Part shown: piece after piece, positions 56,896 to 64,000 of the stretch
Layout: every line of letters starts with the position of its first letter
Position numbering within the stretch: the first letter of the stretch is position 1
Origin: an uncultured Chloroflexia bacterium
GTDB lineage: Bacteria; Chloroflexota; Anaerolineae; CG2-30-64-16
Direction: 5' to 3'
Assembly: GCA_963695715.1 (NCBI GenBank)
Contig: CAVOHP010000010.1
Location: forward strand, 42,749-106,748
DNA: 64,000 nucleotides
Translations under genes and position numbers: made by a program
The notes under the pieces: model-generated
Told to the model about the DNA's origin: nothing
Databases searched by the model: none
The model's input: only the letters and a program-made list of their open reading frames with translations

Positions 56896-58083
56896 ATGAG
56901 AATCCTCCAGCTCAGCCAATTCGGTACGCCAACCGGCGGGGCCGAAGGATACATCACCGATGTCTCCCGCGCCTTGCTGGCCGCAGGCCACGAAACCCGG
57001 CTGGTCTGCTTCCAACCCGGCGACCCGGCAGATCTGATGCCCGGTACCGTATGTGTTCCCGTCTCGCCCGAACACCCCCTCGAAACGACGCTCGCGTCCC
57101 TCGAGGCGATCATTCGCGAGTACAACCCCGACGTGGCATATCTCCACCTCATGTATTCCAACGACGTGCTGGGGTGGGTTTCCGAACGCCTGCCGGTCCT
57201 CGCCTACGTGCATGGACCCTACGTCACCTGCCCCGGCATGGCGCAATATTTGCGGCGCAGCGCGCGGGTATGCCCGCGCAGCGGCAACTGGGGTTGTCTC
57301 TATTATGCCCAGACCGAACGCTGTTGTTTCGGGCGCAGCCCCATGCGGCACATCGAGCGCGTGATCGCCGCGCGGGGCTCGACCGCGGTCTACCGCAAGA
57401 TTCGTTCCGCCGTCGGCAGCGCCTACATGCGCGAGCTGATGGTGCGCAACGGCATCCCCCGTGACCAACTGGAAATCCTGACGCCGGTCCTGATGGACGG
57501 CCCCTTCGCTGTCTACTCACCGGCTCCCGAGCCGCATACCTTTCTCTTCGCCGGGCGCATCTTGCCCGAAAAAGGCATCGGCGTCCTCCTCGAAGCCGCG
57601 GCGGGCTTGACCGGAGATTGGCGCCTGGTCATCGCGGGTGATGGGCCGAAGATGGAAACGTGGCAAGACCAGATCACGGCCCTGCGCATCGCCGATCGGG
57701 TCAGCTTCGCAGGCCGGCAGGCCGGCGCCGGCATGGACCGCCTGTACCGCCAATGTGGATTCACCGTCGTGCCTTCGCTCTGGCCCGAGCCGTTCGGGCA
57801 CGTCGGGCCTGAAGCCTTCGCACGCGGACGCCCGGTCGTCGCCTTCGCGACCGGCGGTATCCCCGACTGGTTGCAGGATGGCGTCAATGGCATCCTGGTC
57901 GAGCCGGGCAGCGTCGAGAAATTGCGCACCGCGTTGTCCACCATGTTGCAATCACCCGCGTTACAAGACGACCTGGGGCGACAGGCCCTCGACATCGCAA
58001 ACACCGCGTGGTCTTCGCAAGAGCATGTTGACCGGCTCATCGAAATGCTGAAGCGGTCACGCGCAGCTTTTCACCCGCGTTAG
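56896..58083 (+). CDS. GT4 family glycosyltransferase
   Basis: MRILQLSQFGTPTGGAEGY..FLFAGRILPEKG..EPFGHVGPEAFARGRPVV (GT-B C-terminal domain). Confidence 0.75.
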   Translation: MRILQLSQFGTPTGGAEGYITDVSRALLAAGHETRLVCFQPGDPADLMPGTVCVPVSPEHPLETTLASLEAIIREYNPDVAYLHLMYSNDVLGWVSERLPVLAYVHGPYVTCPGMAQYLRRSARVCPRSGNWGCLYYAQTERCCFGRSPMRHIERVIAARGSTAVYRKIRSAVGSAYMRELMVRNGIPRDQLEILTPVLMDGPFAVYSPAPEPHTFLFAGRILPEKGIGVLLEAAAGLTGDWRLVIAGDGPKMETWQDQITALRIADRVSFAGRQAGAGMDRLYRQCGFTVVPSLWPEPFGHVGPEAFARGRPVVAFATGGIPDWLQDGVNGILVEPGSVEKLRTALSTMLQSPALQDDLGRQALDIANTAWSSQEHVDRLIEMLKRSRAAFHPR

Positions 58084-58108
58084 CTTCATGCCAGGGTAAA
58101 ATATCGCT

Positions 58109-59317
58109 TTGCGAATCCTCTATCTCTCGACGTGGTGCCCGATTCCGCCTGACAATGGCGCAAAAATCCGCGTGAACTACCTCATGCGCGCCCTCGCGGC
58201 GCGTCATGAAGTCACGCTGGTCGCCTATGCACCCGATGGCTTGTCGGGTGATGAAATCAAGGCCGCAGACCCGACGCTTGCGGAAGCTCACACTGTGCAT
58301 GAAGACGCCTTCGCATACACGAGGCTCCCCGGCATCGCGAAGTTCTTAAGTCCGATGCCCGTTGCTTTCTGGCGGCATCCGGCAATGACGCAGCAACTCA
58401 AGGCGGTCACGGCCCGGATCACCCCCGACGCGATCGTCGCCATGAGTTTGCCCGTTGCCCGCCACGCACTTGAGCTCCCGGCCCCGCGGATACTGGACGT
58501 TGAAGCGTCTTTGAGCCTCCAGATGGAAGAGCGCAGAAAGCAGGCCACAAGCGCCGCCGCCGGCCTGCGCGGCGTTGTCGCCTGGCGCAAATCCACAGGC
58601 GCCGAAACTCGGGCCATTCGCGCGTTCGAAGCGTCTACATTTGTCTCGCAAACCGAAAAAGACTATCACGCGGCCCTGCTGGGCCGCCATGCAAAACGCT
58701 TAAGCGTGATCCCCAATGGCGTGGATCTTGACCACTTGAGGCCGGGCCTGACCCCGAAGCAACCGGCGCATTTGATCTTCAACGGATCGTTGACCTATCG
58801 TGCGAACCTCGATGCGATGCAATACTTCCTTGCGGAAATCTACCCATTGGTGAAGCAGCGTATGCCCGATGTCGAGCTGACGATCACCGGTTCGACAAAG
58901 GATGTTCCGATCTCTGAGCTGTCCATAGACCCCTCAGTTCACTTCAGCGGCCATGTGCCCGACATCCGGCCGCTGGTCGCCGGGGCTACGGTTTGCGTCG
59001 TTCCGTTGCGACAGGGCGCCGGCACACGGCTGAAGATCCTCGAAGCGATGGCTTTGGGCACGCCGGTCGTCTCCACAGGCAAGGGCATCGAAGGGTTGAA
59101 CGCCGTTCCAGAGCGCGATTTCCTGCCGGCCGACGATCCGCAGGGTTTCGCCGCGCAGACCATCCGGTTGCTCGAAGACGCCGACCTGCGCTGCTCACTG
59201 GCGGAAAACGCGCGCGGACTGATCGAACGCGAATATGATTGGACGGACATTGGCGCCAGGTTCTGCCGACTGATCGAAGAAGTCGTCTCAGAGCAAACGA
59301 CGAGGCGTAGTGGATAG
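58109..59317 (+). CDS. GT4 family glycosyltransferase
   Basis: MRILYLSTWCPIPPDNGAKIR..FNGSLTYRANLDAM..GAGTRLKILEAMALGTPVV. Confidence 0.75.
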   Translation: MRILYLSTWCPIPPDNGAKIRVNYLMRALAARHEVTLVAYAPDGLSGDEIKAADPTLAEAHTVHEDAFAYTRLPGIAKFLSPMPVAFWRHPAMTQQLKAVTARITPDAIVAMSLPVARHALELPAPRILDVEASLSLQMEERRKQATSAAAGLRGVVAWRKSTGAETRAIRAFEASTFVSQTEKDYHAALLGRHAKRLSVIPNGVDLDHLRPGLTPKQPAHLIFNGSLTYRANLDAMQYFLAEIYPLVKQRMPDVELTITGSTKDVPISELSIDPSVHFSGHVPDIRPLVAGATVCVVPLRQGAGTRLKILEAMALGTPVVSTGKGIEGLNAVPERDFLPADDPQGFAAQTIRLLEDADLRCSLAENARGLIEREYDWTDIGARFCRLIEEVVSEQTTRRSG

Positions 59318-60749
59318 CATGAGCGTCTTGACGAACCGATCCCGCGCTTTCCCCTGGCGAGTGCTTGTGGTCATCGCGGCTACCCTGGGGCTGGCGGGCT
59401 TGATGGGTTTGCGCCCATCCATCCAACTCCTCGCGGTTGTGATCGCCGGGTTTGGCGCCGTGCTGCTGTTGCTCAAGCCCCAACTCGGCTTGTTGGCGTT
59501 GGTCGTGATGGCCCTCGTCGCTCCGCTCCAGTTCAACACCGGTACCGATGTCGCCGTCAATCCCACGACCCTCTTCGTCCCGGCCTTGATCGGCGTCTGG
59601 CTACTGTCTATGATCGTGCGCAAGGATCTGGTCTTCGTGCATTCGCGCGTCAGCCTGCCGCTGATCCTATTCTTGATCTCGTCAATGTTGTCGCTGGTCA
59701 TCGGGCAAGCAACGTGGGACCCGTTCGTGCCGCAATCCAATAGCTTCGTCCTGGTGCAAATCGCCCAATGGGCCATCTTTGCTTTCTCCGCAGGCGCTTT
59801 CTGGATGGCTGCCAACTTGACCACCGATGAGATCTGGTTGCGCAGGATTCTATTCACATTCATCGGGCTGGCTGCGATCATCGGGCTGGTGCGTTCGATT
59901 CCGGCGGCCTATCCGTTCGTGGTCAAGGCGTTCACCTTCGCCGTATATCGCCCACCCTTCTGGCTCCTGTTGGCCGCCATGGCCGGGGGGCAACTGCTTT
60001 TCAATCAACGCCTGGCGACGCCGGTTCGCGTCCTCCTGGGCATGATCGTCCTGATGACCCTCATCTTAGTCTTTACGATAGAACGTGCAACGCTCTCATA
60101 TTGGATTGGCGTCGCCGCCGCGCTCGCAGTTCTGCTCTGGCTCAAGCTGCAACGCGGGCGCATCCTCATCATCGCCCTGATCGGCCTGCTCCTGCTCACC
60201 GGCCAGGCGCTGCCGCGCGCTTATGATTTTGCCGGCGGCGAAAGCGAATGGGTCGAAAGCGGCGGCTCACGCATCACCCTCGCCGAACGCGTCATCTCCG
60301 TCACCATGCGCAACCCCATCACAGGGCTCGGGCCGGCCGCCTATCGCCCTTATGCCCGGATGAAACCGCTGCCCTACGGCGACGCCTTCTGGGTTGCGCC
60401 TAACGTATCTGCCCATAACAACTACGTGGATCTTTTCGCGCATTCGGGGATCCTCGGGTTGGGCCTGTTCCTCTGGTTCATCGTTGAGTTCATCCTGCTC
60501 TGTCGTCGCGTCAGTCGCAAGAAGCTCAGCGGTTTCTCTCTCGGTTATGTCAACGGCGTTCTGGCAACCGTCGTCGGCGCGCTGGTCCTCATGATGCTCG
60601 CCGACTGGATTCTGCCGTTCGTCTACAACATCAGCTTCATCGGCTTCCAGGCCAGCGTACTGGTCTGGTTGATGATGGGCGGCGTGGTGGCCATTGACCA
60701 GTGGACCGAAGCGAATGACGATTCGGAGCCAGGAGCGGGCACCGCATGA
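59310..60749 (+). CDS. O-antigen polymerase/ligase (Wzy_C) family membrane protein
   Basis: 479 aa with 10 or more TM helices and a periplasmic loop ..ITGLGPAAYRPYARMKPLPYGDAFWVAPNVSAHNNYVDLFAHSGILG (H..N.Y motif). Confidence 0.6.
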   Translation: MDSMSVLTNRSRAFPWRVLVVIAATLGLAGLMGLRPSIQLLAVVIAGFGAVLLLLKPQLGLLALVVMALVAPLQFNTGTDVAVNPTTLFVPALIGVWLLSMIVRKDLVFVHSRVSLPLILFLISSMLSLVIGQATWDPFVPQSNSFVLVQIAQWAIFAFSAGAFWMAANLTTDEIWLRRILFTFIGLAAIIGLVRSIPAAYPFVVKAFTFAVYRPPFWLLLAAMAGGQLLFNQRLATPVRVLLGMIVLMTLILVFTIERATLSYWIGVAAALAVLLWLKLQRGRILIIALIGLLLLTGQALPRAYDFAGGESEWVESGGSRITLAERVISVTMRNPITGLGPAAYRPYARMKPLPYGDAFWVAPNVSAHNNYVDLFAHSGILGLGLFLWFIVEFILLCRRVSRKKLSGFSLGYVNGVLATVVGALVLMMLADWILPFVYNISFIGFQASVLVWLMMGGVVAIDQWTEANDDSEPGAGTA

Positions 60750-61690
60750 GTGAGCAGCCTCCACGCCTCGCCATCGTCATCGTGAGTTGGAATACGCGCA
60801 CGCTGCTTGCCGACTGTCTTGCCGCGGTCTTTCGCACGGTGCATCGGTATCCCTTCGAAGTCTTTGTCGTAGATAACGCGTCGAGCGATGGCAGCGCCGA
60901 GTACATCCGTCGCGAGTTCCCCCAGGTCAACCTGATCGAGACGGGCGCGAATCTCGGGTTTGCGCGCGGCAACAATGTTGCGTTGCGCCAAACCCGGCGC
61001 GAATTCGTGCTGCTCCTCAACCCCGACACGGTCGCCCATGATGGCGCCATAGACGCCCTGTGCGACGTGCTGGATGCCGTCCCCGAAGTCGGCGCAGTCG
61101 GCGCGCAACTCCTCAACCCCGACGGCACGTTGCAGCATTCCTGGGGCCAGTTCCCCTTCGCAGAGCGCGAGGTGCCCCTGCTGCGCACGCGCTTCGCAAA
61201 CGACCCGGATCCGTTCACGGTCTCCGTTAATGGAACGCGCCTATCGCTCTTACGCGTCGATTGGGCCAAAGGCGCGTGCCTGCTGATGCGTGGCGAAGCA
61301 TTGGCCCAGGTTGGTCTCCTCGATGAAGACTATTGGCTCTATACCGAAGAAACAGACTGGTGCTACCGCGCGCGCCAGGTCGGCTGGGAAGTGGTCGGCC
61401 GACCGGACGCCTTCATCACCCACGTCGAGCAAGCGTCTTCGGCGCAACGCCTGGGCAAGAGTTATGTCAACTTTGCGGATTCGCGGGTTCTCTTTGCACG
61501 CAAATATCAGGGCCGGCTGGCCGCCGCCGCCGTCTGGTGCGTCTTCGCCGCCCGCTCGGTTGTTTGGTTCATTTTTCCGCAACGCTCGCATCTGGGCCGC
61601 CCCGAAACGGGCTACGCGGAAAAAGACGTGCGCGCCGCATACAAGACATTTCTCCAGACGACGTTCAGACGCATGATTGGCCGCGCCTGA
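60746..61690 (+). CDS. GT2 family glycosyltransferase (rhamnosyltransferase-like)
   Basis: Contains LAIVIVSWNTRTLL..VVDNASSDGS..NLGFARGNN.. Confidence 0.75.
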   Translation: MSEQPPRLAIVIVSWNTRTLLADCLAAVFRTVHRYPFEVFVVDNASSDGSAEYIRREFPQVNLIETGANLGFARGNNVALRQTRREFVLLLNPDTVAHDGAIDALCDVLDAVPEVGAVGAQLLNPDGTLQHSWGQFPFAEREVPLLRTRFANDPDPFTVSVNGTRLSLLRVDWAKGACLLMRGEALAQVGLLDEDYWLYTEETDWCYRARQVGWEVVGRPDAFITHVEQASSAQRLGKSYVNFADSRVLFARKYQGRLAAAAVWCVFAARSVVWFIFPQRSHLGRPETGYAEKDVRAAYKTFLQTTFRRMIGRA

Positions 61691-61730
61691 TTCCAGGCGC
61701 GCATAAAGACATCACGAAACGCGGGGCCAT

Positions 61731-63110
61731 ATGACTTCACTCTTGCGCCGCCTGAACTTACCGCTCATTATCCTGCTCGCGATCTTGCTGCGGCTGGGGA
61801 TCGGGCTCTACCTCGGCGATACAGTTCCCGACAACACCGATGAAACGTCTTACTCTGCCCTGGGGGCGCGGCTGGCAACGGGGCACGGCTACTCCTTCGA
61901 TCGCGGTTGGTATCCGTTCACGTCACCCGATACGCCCACGGCCCACTGGTCGTTTCTGTACTCTGCGTTTGTGGCGGCCGTCTACAGCGTCACCGGCCCC
62001 CACCCGCTCGCCGCGCGCCTCGTCGGCGCCGTCCTCGGCGGCATCCTTCTCCCGTTGACCATGGTTTTCTTCGCCCGGCGTCTCTACCGCGAAGGTCCCA
62101 CCAATCCCACGTCAGATTCACAGCCGCTCGCGCCTCAAGCCCTGTCGGCTGCGCATATCTTGCCGTTGCTTTCGACCTTGCTCGCGGCGATCTATCTCTT
62201 TTTCGCGATTTTCGCCGCCAGCCTGATGACCGAAACATTCTACATTACGGCGCTGCTATGGTCGCTCGAACGCGGTCTGGCCCTTCAGCAAACGCTCCGC
62301 TCGACCGATGCGCCCCGCCGTCAGGTCTGGTTGATCGGGCTGGGCCTGGGGATCGCGTTGGGAATCGCCACGTTGCTCCGTCAATCCATCTTACCCTGGG
62401 CGCCGATCATGGGCCTATGGTTGCTCTGGCGCGGCTGGCGTCACCAAAGACTCGGCGCGGCCTTTCAAGCGATGACGGTCGCGGCCATCGTCGTCATTGC
62501 GTGTATTCTTCCGTTCACGCTGCGCAATTACCGCGTGTATCACGAATTTCTTCTGCTGAACTCGAACGCCGGCTATGCGATGTACTCCGCGCAGCATCCG
62601 ATGCACGGCGCGAGTTTCAGAGAATACGACGCCGCGCCCATGCCTGAGGGTCTGGGCCAGCTCAACGAGGCGCAGCTCGACAAAATACTCATGGCGCGCG
62701 GGATCGGGTTCATCCTCGAAGACCCAGGGCGCTATGCCCTGTTGTCGCTCAGCCGCGTCCGCGACTATTTCGCCTTCTGGCCGACGCCCAACACGCCGCT
62801 CGTCAGCAACCTGGGTCGGGTCTTCTCCATTGCCCTCTTCCTGCCCTTCATGCTCTACGGCATCTGGCTTGCGGCGCGCAACCCGTCCCGTTCGCCGGCG
62901 CACGCATTATTGCATCGCGAAGATGTCGCGTTCCTGCTGCTCTTCATGGCCTTCTACAGCCTGCTGCACATCCTGACCTGGGCCATGGCGCGCTACCGGT
63001 TGCCTGTAGACGCCGTCGCGTTGCCGTTTGCGGCCCTCGCCTTGCTCGATCTCGCGGCAAGGCTGAAACTCGTCACGCTCGCCCCATCGCCTGGCGCCGG
63101 CGCAGCCTGA
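61731..63110 (+). CDS. GT39/GT83-like (PMT/ArnT family) membrane glycosyltransferase
   Basis: 459 aa. N-terminus ..DETSYSALGARLATGHGYSF.. then about 11 TM helices. Confidence 0.65.
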   Translation: MTSLLRRLNLPLIILLAILLRLGIGLYLGDTVPDNTDETSYSALGARLATGHGYSFDRGWYPFTSPDTPTAHWSFLYSAFVAAVYSVTGPHPLAARLVGAVLGGILLPLTMVFFARRLYREGPTNPTSDSQPLAPQALSAAHILPLLSTLLAAIYLFFAIFAASLMTETFYITALLWSLERGLALQQTLRSTDAPRRQVWLIGLGLGIALGIATLLRQSILPWAPIMGLWLLWRGWRHQRLGAAFQAMTVAAIVVIACILPFTLRNYRVYHEFLLLNSNAGYAMYSAQHPMHGASFREYDAAPMPEGLGQLNEAQLDKILMARGIGFILEDPGRYALLSLSRVRDYFAFWPTPNTPLVSNLGRVFSIALFLPFMLYGIWLAARNPSRSPAHALLHREDVAFLLLFMAFYSLLHILTWAMARYRLPVDAVALPFAALALLDLAARLKLVTLAPSPGAGAA

Positions 63111-63118
63111 ACTGTCGC

Positions 63119-64000
63119 ATGCGGATCATTTACGTCCTCCTGTCGCCCACCTTCGGGATGCACCAATACACCGCCGACCTCGCAAATCGCGCGGCAGCCG
63201 GCGCGTTCAGCAACGGCGCAAAACCGGATGTCCATGTCGTGACGACCACGGGATTCCCCGGCGGCGCCTACGGACCGGACATCACGATTCATACGCCGCT
63301 ATCGTCAACGGGCACGGGCTTCTCATTCGAAGGGGCGGCAATCGGGACATTGCGGCGCACCATCCGCGCCGTCACGCAACTCGCGGCCTGTCAAGCGGGG
63401 AATCACGCGGCCGCCGGACCGGTGATCGTCCATATTACCGGCGTGCATCTCTGGAACGTTGCACTGGTGCGCGCGCTGATCGCGCATGGCATCCCCGTAG
63501 CTCACACGCTGCATGATCTCCAGGCGCACAGTGGCGTCAGATTCGGCGCATTGATCCCACGTTGGAATAACCTGGTCATCAGGGCCGGCGCGCATATCCT
63601 CGTCCACGGCCGGCGCTATCGCGCGCAACTCCTGGATCAGGGGGTCTCGCCCGATCGCGTGACCTGCGCGCCGCTGCTTCACGGGTTTTGGAAATTCGGC
63701 GCAGGGCCGGATGACAATATATCGGCCGGTTTGTATGCTACGGAACTTGACAGCGCCGCGCAACGGTGCCAAGATGACATCCGTAGCGTGGTCCTATTCT
63801 TTGGCCGTGTGGAGGCGTACAAAGGGGTAGACACCTTGCTATCTGCGTGGGCGCATGTATGGTCACAGTCGGGCGATGATTGCCCAGACGTTCGCCTGGT
63901 GGTTGCCGGCGCCTGGCTCCGAGGCGTCGCCCCCCCCACAGACCTCCATAACGTTGAGTTCCGAAATCATCTCATCACCGACGATGAAGCCATTGAATTG
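63119..64000 (+). CDS. GT4 family glycosyltransferase, 3' end beyond window
   Basis: Manual translation from ATG 63119 (MRIIYVLLSPTFGMHQYTADL..HITGVHLWNVALV..VLFFGRVEAYKGVDTLL..) stays open to position 64000. It is absent from the ORF track because no stop falls inside the window. Confidence 0.55.
   Translation, partial: MRIIYVLLSPTFGMHQYTADLANRAAAGAFSNGAKPDVHVVTTTGFPGGAYGPDITIHTPLSSTGTGFSFEGAAIGTLRRTIRAVTQLAACQAGNHAAAGPVIVHITGVHLWNVALVRALIAHGIPVAHTLHDLQAHSGVRFGALIPRWNNLVIRAGAHILVHGRRYRAQLLDQGVSPDRVTCAPLLHGFWKFGAGPDDNISAGLYATELDSAAQRCQDDIRSVVLFFGRVEAYKGVDTLLSAWAHVWSQSGDDCPDVRLVVAGAWLRGVAPPTDLHNVEFRNHLITDDEAIEL

Overview
High-GC (about 60%) bacterial chromosomal window, probably a Chloroflexi-like genome; that lineage guess is inference only. 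About 70 features, almost gap-free. Positions 1-4.4 kb (minus strand) hold a small envelope-glycan set: a membrane protein, a frameshifted GT1, GtrA and an O-antigen-ligase-like protein. Then come housekeeping genes: a DsbA-like oxidoreductase whose CxxC active-site Cys codon is an in-frame TGA followed by a SECIS-like hairpin (candidate selenoprotein), mtnP, an IMPase-family gene, ssrA (tmRNA) with smpB, two tandem S41 C-terminal processing peptidases, hflX, an aminotransferase, an M28 peptidase, der, cdaA-cdaR, an ECF sigma/anti-sigma/secreted beta-helix operon, two tandem deoxynucleoside kinases (the first fused to a MazG domain), a DUF362 protein, an EF-G paralog, an MtaD-like amidohydrolase, a [2Fe-2S]-ferredoxin/histidine-phosphatase/methyltransferase fusion, uvdE, a hydantoinase-like gene, patB, and a tRNA-Arg/Ser/Ser cluster beside a compositionally foreign, heavily frameshifted serS. 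From 40.2 kb to the window end runs a roughly 24 kb polysaccharide locus: Wzm/Wzt ABC export, rmlCD, GalE and UXS-like epimerases, many GT2/GT4/GT39 transferases, three Wzy/ligase-like membrane proteins, a B12-radical-SAM enzyme, a sulfotransferase, and an acetyltransferase. A notable oddity is the number of ORFs broken by single frameshifts, at least 30 across the window. These are either pseudogenes or indel errors in the assembly, and the sequence alone cannot decide which.
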